Counted from the stretch's first letter, positions 10,146-19,878 are shown. The stretch is 64,000 bases of DNA from Paracoccaceae bacterium (GCA_024742705.1 JANSXZ010000016.1:8617-72616), one strand, 5' to 3'. The notes: generated from the letters alone by a model not told the origin. A program made the numbers and translations.

Positions 10146-11111
10146 ATGTCGGGTCATGGCTACAACAGCGGGCGTTTGAACCTGCCTTTTGTCGGCATCT
10201 GCACGTTTGGCAAATACCCCTATGTCGAAGATTGGGATGCCATTGACGCCGATGTCGCGGTGCTGGGCGCGCCCTTCGATGGCGGCACGCAATGGCGCGC
10301 CGGCGCGCGGATGGGGCCTCGGGCGATCCGCGAGGCCTCGACGCTGTTTTCCTTCGGACATGCGGGCGCCTACGATCACGAGGACGACGTCACCTACCTC
10401 GAACCCTCGCGGGTCAGCATCGTCGACATCGGCGATGCCGACATCATCCACACCGACACGCTGCAAAGCCACGCCAACATCGAAGCCGGCGTGCGCAAGA
10501 TCCTGGCCGCCGGAGCGCTGCCGGTGGTTCTGGGCGGGGATCATTCGATCAACATCCCCTGTATCGCCGCCTTCGACAATCAGGACCCGATCCATGTGAT
10601 CCAGATCGACGCGCATCTGGATTTCGTGGACGAGCGCCACGGCGTGCGCTTCGGCCACGGAAACCCGATGCGCCGCGCGGCCGAAAAGGCGCATGTGACC
10701 GGCCTCAGCCAGATCGGCATCCGCAACGTCTCGTCGACGGCGCGCGAAGGCTATGACGCGGCGCGCGCCATGGGATCGGATATACAATCGGTGCGACAGG
10801 TGCGCGCCATGGGTGTCGCGGCGATGGCGGCACGGGTTCCGGCAGGGGAAAGATACTATCTGACCGTGGATATCGACGCCTTCGATCCGTCGATCGCTCC
10901 CGGCACCGGCACCCCCAGCCATGGCGGTTTTCTCTATTACGAGGTGTTGGAACTGATCGAGGCCCTCGCCCGGCGCGGCGATATCGTCGGCATCGACCTG
11001 GTCGAGGTTGCACCCGATTACGACCCCACGGGCGGCACCGCGATCCTGGCGGCGCAGGTTTTGTTGAACACCATAGGGCGGGTTCTGCACCATCGCACAG
11101 GGCCGGTGTAA
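10146..11111 (+). CDS. ureohydrolase family protein (agmatinase / guanidino-acid hydrolase)
   Basis: Mn-ligand motifs GGDHS, IDAHLD and DIDAFDP, plus SHGG. 321 aa from the ATG at 10146. Confidence 0.88.
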   Translation: MSGHGYNSGRLNLPFVGICTFGKYPYVEDWDAIDADVAVLGAPFDGGTQWRAGARMGPRAIREASTLFSFGHAGAYDHEDDVTYLEPSRVSIVDIGDADIIHTDTLQSHANIEAGVRKILAAGALPVVLGGDHSINIPCIAAFDNQDPIHVIQIDAHLDFVDERHGVRFGHGNPMRRAAEKAHVTGLSQIGIRNVSSTAREGYDAARAMGSDIQSVRQVRAMGVAAMAARVPAGERYYLTVDIDAFDPSIAPGTGTPSHGGFLYYEVLELIEALARRGDIVGIDLVEVAPDYDPTGGTAILAAQVLLNTIGRVLHHRTGPV

Positions 11112-11180
11112 TCACGCGGGTGGCCGCAGGCCGCAAGCTGTGCAAGGTTTGCCACGGCTTGAACCGAAGGGACAACCGCC

Positions 11181-11510
11181 ATGTCACAGATCAGGGGCTA
11201 TCACGCGCACGTCTATTTCGACGAAAAAACCGTCGACCGGGCCCGCGCCTTGTGCGAGGCCGTGCGCGACCGTTTCGGCGCCGAAATGGGCCGCGTGCAT
11301 GAACGCGCCGTCGGTCCGCATCCGATGTTCAGCTGCCAACTGGCCTTCGGCCCCCAGGCTTTTGCGGACATCGTGCCATGGCTTGCGCTGAACCGCGACG
11401 GGCTGATCGTGTTCACCCACCCCGACACCGGCGACGATCTGGCCGATCACCGCGATCACGGCATTTGGATGGGCGCCATGCCCAAGCTGAAGCTGGACAT
11501 CTTCGACTGA
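11181..11510 (+). CDS. DOPA 4,5-dioxygenase family protein (small aromatic ring-opening dioxygenase-like)
   Basis: MSQIRGYHAHVYFDE...VGPHP...VFTHPDTG...DHRDHGIWMG is typical of the roughly 110-aa DOPA-dioxygenase family. Confidence 0.75.
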   Translation: MSQIRGYHAHVYFDEKTVDRARALCEAVRDRFGAEMGRVHERAVGPHPMFSCQLAFGPQAFADIVPWLALNRDGLIVFTHPDTGDDLADHRDHGIWMGAMPKLKLDIFD

Positions 11511-11517
11511 ACCGGGA

Positions 11518-13056
11518 TCAGGCGCCGGGCCAGAATTCGGCGCGCAACTTGCGTTTGAACAGCTTGCCGGTCGCCGACCGGGGCAGCGCCGCGCGAAAGG
11601 TGACGCTGCGCGGGCATTTGATCGCCGACAGCCGCGCCCGGCAGAACGCGATCAACTCGGCCTCGGCGGCGTCGGACGCATCGCAGCCCGGCACCAGCTG
11701 CACGACGGCTTTCACCTCTTCTCCGAAGTCCTCGTTCGGCACGCCGATCACCGCCGCATCCATCACCATCGGATGGCCCAGAAGCACGTCCTCGGTTTCC
11801 TGGGGATAGATGTTCACCCCACCCGAGATGATCAGGAACGACTTGCGGTCCGTCAGGTAAAGATACCCTTCGGCATCGACGCGGCCGATATCGCCCAGCG
11901 TGGTCCAGCCCTGCGCATTGGTGCAGGCCGCGGTCTTTTCCGGCGCGTTGTGGTAGGTGAACTGGTGGCCGTTCTCGAAAAAGATCTCGCCCTCGCAGCC
12001 CGGTGCCAGTTCGTTGCCATCGTCGCCGCAAATATGCAGAACGCCCAGTTTCGCGCGGCCGACCGAACCGGGGTGGGCCAGCCATTCGGCGGTGTCGATG
12101 GCGGTGAAGCCGTTGTTTTCGGTGCCGGCATAGTATTCATGCAGGATCGGCCCCCACCAGTCGATCATCTGCCGTTTCACATCCACCGGACAGGGCGCCG
12201 CCGCATGCACGGCCATGCGCATCGCCGACAGATCATAGCCCGCGCGCACCGCTTCGGGCAGCTTCAGCATCCGCACGAACATCGTGGGCACCCATTGGCT
12301 GTGGGTGATGGCCCGGTCCTGAAGCAGGCGCAGCGCGGTTTCGGCATCGAATTTCTGCATGATGTGGGCACAACCGCCCATCTTGATCGTAACCATCGTG
12401 TGCCGCAGCGGGGCGGCGTGGTACAAGGGCGCCGGGCACAGATACCGCGTGGACGGGCCATAGCCGAAAAGCCCGGTCAGCAGATCGATAAGCATGCTGC
12501 GTCCGCCCGGCAGATCGCCGGTCAGCGGCCATTTGATGCCCTTTGGCCGCCCCGTGGTTCCAGATGAATACAGCATGTCGAGGCCCTGCGCCTCGTCGGC
12601 GATCGGGGTGGCCGGGGCATTGGCTGTGGCCGTGTCCCAATGTTGGAACCCCACGGCCTCTGCGCCGGTCAGGTAGACGGCGCAGCGCGGGGCGATCGCG
12701 CGCAGCATGTCGGTGAACCGGTCCGATGCGATGACCATGCGCGCCCCGCAGTCGCGGATGATATAGGCCACCTCGTCGGGTGTCAGGTGCGTGCTGATGG
12801 TGGTGTAGTACACGCCCGAACGGTCGGCGGCGAAACACACCTCGAGAAAGGCGCGGCAGTTCTCCATGAGGATCGCGATATGATCGCCGGTGCGGATGCC
12901 CGCCGCGCGCAGGACATGTGCGCCACGGTTGGCCGAGGCCTCGAGAGCGGCAAAGCTGACCTCTTCTCCGGTATCGCAGATCGCGAAGGCCGTCGCATCG
13001 GGGCGGCTGCGCATGTGGTGGCGCGGCTGATAGGGGTGAGACGGGACAGTGGCCAT
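11518..13056 (-). CDS. AMP-dependent acyl-CoA synthetase/ligase
   Basis: AMP-binding motif YSSGTTGRPKG and C-terminal GKLFKRKLR; 512 aa. Confidence 0.9.
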   Translation of the reverse strand: MATVPSHPYQPRHHMRSRPDATAFAICDTGEEVSFAALEASANRGAHVLRAAGIRTGDHIAILMENCRAFLEVCFAADRSGVYYTTISTHLTPDEVAYIIRDCGARMVIASDRFTDMLRAIAPRCAVYLTGAEAVGFQHWDTATANAPATPIADEAQGLDMLYSSGTTGRPKGIKWPLTGDLPGGRSMLIDLLTGLFGYGPSTRYLCPAPLYHAAPLRHTMVTIKMGGCAHIMQKFDAETALRLLQDRAITHSQWVPTMFVRMLKLPEAVRAGYDLSAMRMAVHAAAPCPVDVKRQMIDWWGPILHEYYAGTENNGFTAIDTAEWLAHPGSVGRAKLGVLHICGDDGNELAPGCEGEIFFENGHQFTYHNAPEKTAACTNAQGWTTLGDIGRVDAEGYLYLTDRKSFLIISGGVNIYPQETEDVLLGHPMVMDAAVIGVPNEDFGEEVKAVVQLVPGCDASDAAEAELIAFCRARLSAIKCPRSVTFRAALPRSATGKLFKRKLRAEFWPGA

Positions 13057-13057
13057 G

Positions 13058-14077
13058 TCAGTCGAAGCGGATCAGGGTCTTGCCGAAATGCCCGCCCTCG
13101 CGCAGATGCGCCAGCGCGGCATGAAGATCGCCGAACCCGAAGGTTTCGCCCAGCACCGGTCGCAACTGGTGCTGTTCCATGGCGGCCAGCATCGCCTGGA
13201 ACCCGTCGCGATGGCCGACTGTCACCCCTTGCAGGCGGACCTGCCGGGCTACGATGGCCCCGAGTGAGACCTCGGGCGACAACCCCGAAAGCACGCCGAT
13301 CATCGCCAGCGTTCCGCCGGGCCGGACCGCCCGCAGCGAAAGCGGCAGCGTCACCGCGCCGCCCAGTTCGACAATCGTGTCGAAACCGCCGCGGGCGGCG
13401 GTGATGGCGCGGCTGGCCTTGGCCCAGTCGGGTGTCTGCACATAGTTGATGGTGGCATCCGCGCCCATCGCGCGCACCCGGTCCAGTTTGTCGTCGCTGG
13501 ATGAGATCACGGTGACATGCGCGCCCAGCATCTTCGCAAAGGCCAGCGCGAACAAAGCCACTCCGCCGGTCCCCTGCACCAGAACCCGGTCGCCCGCGCG
13601 GGTCCGGGTGTGCCCGGCGATGGCGCTCCAGGCGGTCAGCGCGGCGCAGGGCAGGGTTGCCGCCTCGGCGTCGGTCAGATAATCGGGCACCTTCACCACG
13701 CCTTGTTCTGAAAGGCAGACGAATTCGGCCATCACCCCGTCGCGCGGACCACCCAGCGCCGAAGCAAAGCGTTCGGGCGTGGGATCGCCCGCGATCCAGT
13801 CCTGAAAATAGGTCGGGCAGACACGGTCGCCCACCGCCGCGCGCGTCACTCCTTCGCCGATGGCCACCACCTCGCCGACACCGTCCGATACCGGGATCAA
13901 CGGCAGTTCGCCGGTGGCCCGGCCATAGCCGCGCAGAGGCACGATAAGATCGCGGGCGTTCAGCGCCGCCATGCGCATCGCCACCTTCACCTGGCCGGGG
14001 CCCGGTTCCGGATCGGGCCTTTCGGCCAGTCTGAGGTTGTCAAACCCCCAATCGCCTTCGATCTGAAAGACGCGCAT
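13058..14077 (-). CDS. NAD(P)-dependent medium-chain dehydrogenase/reductase (quinone-oxidoreductase-like)
   Basis: MDR fold with GTGGVALFALAFAKMLGA nucleotide-binding motif; 339 aa. Confidence 0.85.
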   Translation of the reverse strand: MRVFQIEGDWGFDNLRLAERPDPEPGPGQVKVAMRMAALNARDLIVPLRGYGRATGELPLIPVSDGVGEVVAIGEGVTRAAVGDRVCPTYFQDWIAGDPTPERFASALGGPRDGVMAEFVCLSEQGVVKVPDYLTDAEAATLPCAALTAWSAIAGHTRTRAGDRVLVQGTGGVALFALAFAKMLGAHVTVISSSDDKLDRVRAMGADATINYVQTPDWAKASRAITAARGGFDTIVELGGAVTLPLSLRAVRPGGTLAMIGVLSGLSPEVSLGAIVARQVRLQGVTVGHRDGFQAMLAAMEQHQLRPVLGETFGFGDLHAALAHLREGGHFGKTLIRFD

Positions 14078-14080
14078 CGG

Positions 14081-15238
14081 TTATCCTTTCGTCGCGTGTT
14101 CGGGCCGGACGACAGAGCCGGTCAGTTGCGCCACCCGCTCCAGCAGCATCGCGGTTGCTCCATCGGTCAGGGCGGCGCTCTGGACCGCGCCCAGGTGGCG
14201 GGCAACACAGTGATGCGGCGACAATCCCGCCGCTCCCATTGCGTGCAGCACCGTGGGCATGTGCCGCTGGCACATGGTGACGGCGTTGATCTTTGCCTCG
14301 GCCGCCAGGATCTGCACCCGGTCGGGCCCAGCGGCCACCGCGGCATCTGTCAGCGCCCGTGCCGCCGCCAGTTCGCTGCGCACCTGCGCGAGCGGCAGGC
14401 GCCAGCCCTGGTGCCCGGCCAGCGGGCGGCCGAATGTCTGACGCTGGCGGCCGAAGGCCACGGCCGCGTCCAGCGCCGCATCCAGCATCGCGCAACACAT
14501 CGCCGCAACATAGCTGCGGGCGGCGTTGATCTCGCCCAGGATGGATTTGAAGGCCGTGCCCGGCGGCAGGATCAGATGGCTTTCGGGCACCACCACGTCG
14601 TTCAGGGCAATCGCCCCGGTGCCCAGCGACGTCTGGGCCAGGGCGCTGTCCAACGGCGAAAGCCGCACGCGCGGATCCGTCAGATCAACGACAAAGGCCC
14701 CGATCGCCGCACCCCCCGTACCGGCGTCGGGCCCGGTGCAGCGGGCATGGACGATGGCCACCCCGGCATGGCGCGCGTTGATGATCCATGCCTTTTCGCC
14801 GGCAATGCACCAGCCTTCGGGCACCCGCCGCGCCGTGGTGATCATGGCACCGGCATCCGATCCCGCGCCCGGTTCCGTCAGGGCGGTGCAAGCGGTGATC
14901 TCGCCCGTCAGGATGGCCGGCACGAACCGTGCCTGCACCTGCGGCGGTGCGCTTTGCACCAGCCGGGCGGCCACGTTGTGGCTGTTGATCAGGGACATGG
15001 CGAACCCGAAATCGACAGCCGCGATGCGCTCGGCCGCGGCCACCTTGGCGGCGAAATCCAGCCCCTGCCCGCCCGAGGCCGGCGGCACTTCGATTCCGGT
15101 CAGCCCCAGCGCGGCGGCGTCGCGGATCAGGCCGGGCGCCGGCGCCCCGCCCAGCGACCAGCCCGGCGCCGCATCGGCCACCGGGCCATTGGCAAACTGC
15201 GCCACCCGGTTCAGCCAATCCTCAACGGCATCGGTCAT
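14081..15238 (-). CDS. acyl-CoA dehydrogenase family protein
   Basis: ACAD-like sequence (ACTALTEPGAGSDAG, GEKAWIINA). Start set at MTDAVEDW (15238), which overlaps the upstream permease stop (ATGA). The upstream part of track ORF 14081..15574 is not coding. Confidence 0.85.
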   Translation of the reverse strand: MTDAVEDWLNRVAQFANGPVADAAPGWSLGGAPAPGLIRDAAALGLTGIEVPPASGGQGLDFAAKVAAAERIAAVDFGFAMSLINSHNVAARLVQSAPPQVQARFVPAILTGEITACTALTEPGAGSDAGAMITTARRVPEGWCIAGEKAWIINARHAGVAIVHARCTGPDAGTGGAAIGAFVVDLTDPRVRLSPLDSALAQTSLGTGAIALNDVVVPESHLILPPGTAFKSILGEINAARSYVAAMCCAMLDAALDAAVAFGRQRQTFGRPLAGHQGWRLPLAQVRSELAAARALTDAAVAAGPDRVQILAAEAKINAVTMCQRHMPTVLHAMGAAGLSPHHCVARHLGAVQSAALTDGATAMLLERVAQLTGSVVRPEHATKG

Positions 15239-16191
15239 CCGCGGCGCTCCAGCTTGCTCCAGACCACGGCCAGCGTGCCGACGATGCCGCGCGGCATGAA
15301 GATCGTGGCCAGCACCAGAAGCAGCCCATAGAGGATCAGCCGGAAGCTGTCGGCAAAGCGCAGGTATTCCGGCAGGAACACCACGACGAAGGCCCCGATC
15401 ACAGGCCCGGCGATGGTGCCCGATCCGCCGACGATCACCGCGAGGATCGCATCGAGCGATTGCGCGACACCGAAGATTTCGGGGTTGATGAAGCTTTGGT
15501 AGTGGGCATAAAGCGCCCCGGCCAACCCCGCGAACATCGCCGATACCACAAAGGCGAACAGCTTGTATTTCCACGCGGCGATGCCGATGGCGCCGACAAG
15601 GTCTTCGTTCTGGCGGATCGACATCAGGGTCTGGCCCACCCGCGAACGCACGATCAGCCAGGCCAGAGCGGTCATCGCCACCGCGACGATCAGAACGAAA
15701 TAGTAGTACACTTCGCGGTCGCGGAAGTTGATCCAGCCGTCGCGGCTGCCCGGTTTCGGGATTCCGGTGATCCCGGCCTCGCCCTGGGTCAGCTGGTGGA
15801 AATTCATCAGAACGATGAAGATCACCATGTTGAACGCCAGCGTGACAATGGCAAAGTAGTGGCCCTTGACCCGCAGGCTGGGATAGCCGGTGGCCAGCGC
15901 GAAAATGGCGGTGACGCAGGGCGCAAGAAGGATCGTCAGCCAGACCGGCAAATCGAAGTGCAGCCCCATAAGCGCGGTGGAATAGGCACCGATGCCCATG
16001 AACCCCGCCTGGACGATGGACACATAGCCGGTATAGCCCTGGATCAGGTTCTGCCCCTGCGCCGCGATCACCCAGACCAGCGCCAGAACGCTGAGATGCA
16101 GGTAGTATTTGACGGTGATCAGCTGCGGCAGCGCGACAAAGAACGCCAGCGCCGCGCCCGCGACCAAGAGTTTCAGACCCGGTTTCATCAC
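15235..16191 (-). CDS. branched-chain amino acid-type ABC transporter permease (LivM-like)
   Basis: 318-aa polytopic membrane protein with LivM-like sequence. Overlaps the LivH-like gene by 4 nt. Confidence 0.88.
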   Translation of the reverse strand: MMKPGLKLLVAGAALAFFVALPQLITVKYYLHLSVLALVWVIAAQGQNLIQGYTGYVSIVQAGFMGIGAYSTALMGLHFDLPVWLTILLAPCVTAIFALATGYPSLRVKGHYFAIVTLAFNMVIFIVLMNFHQLTQGEAGITGIPKPGSRDGWINFRDREVYYYFVLIVAVAMTALAWLIVRSRVGQTLMSIRQNEDLVGAIGIAAWKYKLFAFVVSAMFAGLAGALYAHYQSFINPEIFGVAQSLDAILAVIVGGSGTIAGPVIGAFVVVFLPEYLRFADSFRLILYGLLLVLATIFMPRGIVGTLAVVWSKLERRG

Positions 16192-17045
16192 GCTTTCCCC
16201 ATCAGGCCCTGCGGGCGCACCAGCAACACGGTGATCATCACCACAAAGGCGATCACGTCCTTGTAGGCAGACGAGATGAAGCCCGCCGCCAGCGCCTCGG
16301 TTATGCCCAGCACCAGCCCGCCGACCACCGCACCGGGGATCGACCCGAGGCCGCCAAGGATCAGCACGGCAAAGCCCTTGACCACAAGGCCCTCGCCGAT
16401 GCCGGGCGCGATCGCAAAGAGCGATCCCACCATGACACCGGCGCAGACGCCCAGCGCCGTCGAAATGGCAAAGACCACCAGCGGGATGGTATTGACGTTC
16501 ACCCCCATCAGGATCGCGGCATCGCGGTTTTCGGCCACTGCCCGGATCGCTTGCCCGGTCTTGGTCTTTTCCACGAAAATCGTCATCGCCAGGATCAAGA
16601 GCGCCGCCGCCAGAATGACGTACAGCCGCAGTTCGGGCAGCGTCACGCCGCCGATATTGAAAACCCGGCCCAGATCGGTGGGGATCACCACCTGCTCATG
16701 GCCGAAAAACTCAAGGTTCAGGCCCTCGACCATCATCGTCAGGCCCAGCGCCACGATGAAGGCGTTGATATGGTTGGCATTTCTCACCGGGCGATAGGCC
16801 AGGAACTCAATGGCCATGCCGATCACCAGCCCGGTCAGAAGCGCCACGAGAATGGCCAGCAACAAGGGAAACCCCATGCCCGAAACCAGAAAGAAGGTCA
16901 GATAGCCGCCGAACATCGACACCGATCCATGCGCGAAATGCGCAATGCCCAGAATGCCGAAGACCGTTGTCAGGCCCAGCGCGATCAGGACGTAGACGCC
17001 GCCGATGGCCACTCCGTTGACGATCTGTTGCAGGATTTCGATCAT
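16188..17045 (-). CDS. branched-chain amino acid-type ABC transporter permease (LivH-like)
   Basis: MIEILQQIVNGVAIGGVYVLIALGLTTVFG is the typical LivH N-terminus. Confidence 0.9.
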   Translation of the reverse strand: MIEILQQIVNGVAIGGVYVLIALGLTTVFGILGIAHFAHGSVSMFGGYLTFFLVSGMGFPLLLAILVALLTGLVIGMAIEFLAYRPVRNANHINAFIVALGLTMMVEGLNLEFFGHEQVVIPTDLGRVFNIGGVTLPELRLYVILAAALLILAMTIFVEKTKTGQAIRAVAENRDAAILMGVNVNTIPLVVFAISTALGVCAGVMVGSLFAIAPGIGEGLVVKGFAVLILGGLGSIPGAVVGGLVLGITEALAAGFISSAYKDVIAFVVMITVLLVRPQGLMGKA

Positions 17046-17102
17046 GGGGAAAATCTCGCGAGTTGCGCGCCGACAAGGGGGCGCCGGGCATCGTGGCGAT
17101 CG

Positions 17103-17130
17103 GGCACGGACCGCGGCTGCGGTCCGTGCC
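17103..17130 (-). promoter_or_regulatory. intercistronic perfect 12-bp stem-loop between the binding-protein and permease genes
   Basis: GGCACGGACCGC-GGCT-GCGGTCCGTGCC with no U-tract, located in the 97-nt gap downstream of the binding-protein gene on the minus strand. Confidence 0.6.
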
Positions 17131-17141
17131 GCCGTTCCGTA

Positions 17142-18359
17142 TCAGTCGATGGTGCTCAGGAAGGCCGAATAGGCCGCCGCATCGGAAGGCAGATCCTGCA
17201 CGAAGACCCAGTTGCCGCTCTGCCACTGGAAGGCGCCGTTCGATGTATAGGCCTGTCCGTTCACGTCGAACATCGTGCCGTCCACCGGAAGGTACTGCAT
17301 CACCACCTCGTCAGGCACCGCCAGTTCACGCAGCGCCGCCGCCACCGCCTGGGTGTCGTCGACCGTGCCGGCCGCCTCGATCGCATCCTTCAGCGCATAG
17401 GTCTGATCGTAGGCATAGGGCGAGCTGGGCGAAGGGGCGATCCCGTAGGTGTCGGAATAGTTCTTGTGATAGGCGATTCCGTTGTCGCTCGCCGACAGGA
17501 GGGTCAGTTCGGTGGGGCGCAGATCCCAGACGCCTTCCATCTGCTCGGACGAAGCGACGCGAAGGAACTGTTCCTCGCTGCCCGACGTAAAGCCGTAGCG
17601 CGGCACATCAATGCCCAGCTCCACCGCCTGGCGATAGACAAAGGCCGCCGGTTCGACATAGCCCACCACCAGGATCGCATCGGGCTGCTGCTCGCGGATC
17701 TTGGTCAGCTGCGGGGACATGTCGCGATCCTTCAGCGAAAATGCCTCACGCGAGATGATTTCGCCGCCGGCCTTGTTCAGCTCGACCTCGAAGGCATCCA
17801 CATAGCTGGCGTAGAACCCGACATCGAGCGCGCCCAGAACCGCCACGCGCTTGTGCCCCTTGTCCGCGACAAAGGTGCCGGCCGCGGCGCCGGTGTAATC
17901 CGCCGGGGGACGTGTACGCACCAGGTTCGGAATTTCGCGCGTGGTGATCGACCGTTCCGCGGCATTGCCCACCAGCATCACCGCATCCTCGTTTTCGATG
18001 AACGAGGCCACCGCGCCGGTGGCACCGGAACAGCAGAACCCGAGGATGAACTTCACGCCGTCGCGGTCGATCAGCTTGCGCACCGCGTTGCTGGCCTCGG
18101 TGGGGTTTGCCTTGTCGTCATAGGCAATGACGTTCAGCATGTAGGTATCGCCGCCGACGGCGATACCGCCCGCCGCGTTGATCTCGGCCGCGGCCATCTT
18201 GACCGCATTGGCCTGCGGCAGGCCATAGACCGCCGCACCGCCGGTCAGCGCATCGCTGACCCCGATGTCCAGCGTCTTGTCGGCGGCAAAGACAGCGCCG
18301 CCCGTCAGCACCAGCGCCGCAGCCGCGCCAGCTGTCCATTTGGTAAGCATCGTGTTCAT
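17142..18359 (-). CDS. ABC transporter substrate-binding protein (LivJ/amide-type, periplasmic)
   Basis: Signal peptide (MNTMLTKWTAGAAAALVLTGGAVFA); 405 aa, type I periplasmic binding fold. Confidence 0.88.
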   Translation of the reverse strand: MNTMLTKWTAGAAAALVLTGGAVFAADKTLDIGVSDALTGGAAVYGLPQANAVKMAAAEINAAGGIAVGGDTYMLNVIAYDDKANPTEASNAVRKLIDRDGVKFILGFCCSGATGAVASFIENEDAVMLVGNAAERSITTREIPNLVRTRPPADYTGAAAGTFVADKGHKRVAVLGALDVGFYASYVDAFEVELNKAGGEIISREAFSLKDRDMSPQLTKIREQQPDAILVVGYVEPAAFVYRQAVELGIDVPRYGFTSGSEEQFLRVASSEQMEGVWDLRPTELTLLSASDNGIAYHKNYSDTYGIAPSPSSPYAYDQTYALKDAIEAAGTVDDTQAVAAALRELAVPDEVVMQYLPVDGTMFDVNGQAYTSNGAFQWQSGNWVFVQDLPSDAAAYSAFLSTID

Positions 18360-18407
18360 CTGGTTCTCCTCCCGTGATGATCTGATTTGGTCCGGTGCCG
18401 CGCCGGG

Positions 18408-19109
18408 TCAGTGACCCAGGTACGCCTTTGCGACCTCGGGGTGTTTTTGCAGTTCCGCGCCGGTGCCCGTCAGAACGATTTCTCCGGCTTCGAAAAGATA
18501 GGCGCGATCCGCCAGCCGCAGCGCCATTGCCGCATTCTGTTCGACCAGAAGGATCGTCTTGCCCATCTTCTTGATCCGGTCGATGGTCGCGCCGACTTCG
18601 GCGACGATCTTGGGCGCCAGGCCCAGCGAAGGCTCGTCGAAGATACACAGCCGCGGCCGCGCCATCAGCGCGCGCGCAATCGCCAGCATCTCCTGTTCAC
18701 CGCCCGACAATGTGCCCGCCGCCTGCCCGGCGCGATCGCGCAGGATCGGGAACATGTCCATCATCTCGTCGATGTCGCTGGCCTGTTCGGCATCGCGCCG
18801 CGCATAGGCGCCCATGGCGAGGTTTTGCAGAACGCTCATCTGCGGAAACACCTGCCGCCCCTCGGGGCACATGGTGATGCCGGCCTTCACGATGGCATGG
18901 CCGCTGGCGTTGGTAATGTCGCGCCCTTCCAGCGAAATCCGGCCGGATTTGGCCGGGATCAGCCCGCAGATCGCCTTTAGCGTCGATGATTTGCCCGCGC
19001 CGTTGGCCCCCACGAGGGCCACACATTCGCCCGCCTGCACGTTCAACGTGATGCCATGCACCACCTCGATCGCACCGTAGGCCACTCTCAGGTCATTCAC
19101 CTCAAGCAT
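18408..19109 (-). CDS. ABC transporter ATP-binding protein (LivF-like)
   Basis: Walker A GANGAGKSS, signature LSGGEQ and Walker B ILLVEQ. Start at MLEVNDLRV (19109). Confidence 0.9.
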   Translation of the reverse strand: MLEVNDLRVAYGAIEVVHGITLNVQAGECVALVGANGAGKSSTLKAICGLIPAKSGRISLEGRDITNASGHAIVKAGITMCPEGRQVFPQMSVLQNLAMGAYARRDAEQASDIDEMMDMFPILRDRAGQAAGTLSGGEQEMLAIARALMARPRLCIFDEPSLGLAPKIVAEVGATIDRIKKMGKTILLVEQNAAMALRLADRAYLFEAGEIVLTGTGAELQKHPEVAKAYLGH

Positions 19110-19110
19110 G

Positions 19111-19878
19111 TCAGGCCGCCTCGCCCAGATAGGCATCGATCACCGCCTTGTCGGCCCGGATCTCGGCCGGCGGGCCTTCGGCGATCTTGCCACCGAAGTT
19201 CAGCACGACGATCCGGTCGCAGACCTCCATGATCAACGCCATGTGATGTTCGATCACCAGAACCGATGTGCCGCGGTCGCGGATCGCGCCGATCAGCTCG
19301 CTCAGTGTCTTGCGTTCATGCGCCACCAGACCGGCGGCCGGTTCATCCAGAAGCACCACGGCGGGCCGTGCCGCCAGCGCCGTGGCGATCATCAGAAACC
19401 GCTGTTGCGCCGACGAGATCGTCGCCACCGGCGCATCGGCCACCGGGGTCAGCCCGGTGATCCGCAACAGGTCGGCGACCAGCGCGGCGGTCGCTTCGGC
19501 CTCGCCTGCCTTGCGCCCGAAACCAAAGATCGAAGACGCCGGATGTGATTTCAACGTCACCGCACAGCCCAGGGTGATCTGTTCGCGCACGGTGAATTCA
19601 GGGAACACGCTGGCGGTCTGGAACGTACGCGCCAGTCCCCGCGCAACGCGCGAATATTCCGGCATGCGTTCGATGGCGGTGTCGTTCAGGAAAATCTGCC
19701 CGGCCGTCGGCGGGAAAATCCCCGCCAGGGTGTTCACGGTCGTCGACTTGCCGGATCCGTTCGGACCGATCAGGCCCAGAACCTCGCCTTCGTCCACACG
19801 GAACGACACATCGCGCAGCGCGTGCACCCCGCCAAACGATTTGCATAGCCCTTCGACCCGAAGAACGGTGCGCGTCAT
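19111..19878 (-). CDS. ABC transporter ATP-binding protein (LivG-like)
   Basis: Walker A GPNGSGKST; LivG-like C-terminus (VIDAYLGE). Confidence 0.9.
   Translation of the reverse strand: MTRTVLRVEGLCKSFGGVHALRDVSFRVDEGEVLGLIGPNGSGKSTTVNTLAGIFPPTAGQIFLNDTAIERMPEYSRVARGLARTFQTASVFPEFTVREQITLGCAVTLKSHPASSIFGFGRKAGEAEATAALVADLLRITGLTPVADAPVATISSAQQRFLMIATALAARPAVVLLDEPAAGLVAHERKTLSELIGAIRDRGTSVLVIEHHMALIMEVCDRIVVLNFGGKIAEGPPAEIRADKAVIDAYLGEAA

Noticed and set aside
14535-14560. CTTCAAA (minus strand), resembling a tRNA-Sec anticodon loop.
   Set aside because: It lies inside the acyl-CoA dehydrogenase coding frame (GTAFKSILGE) and has no flanking stems.
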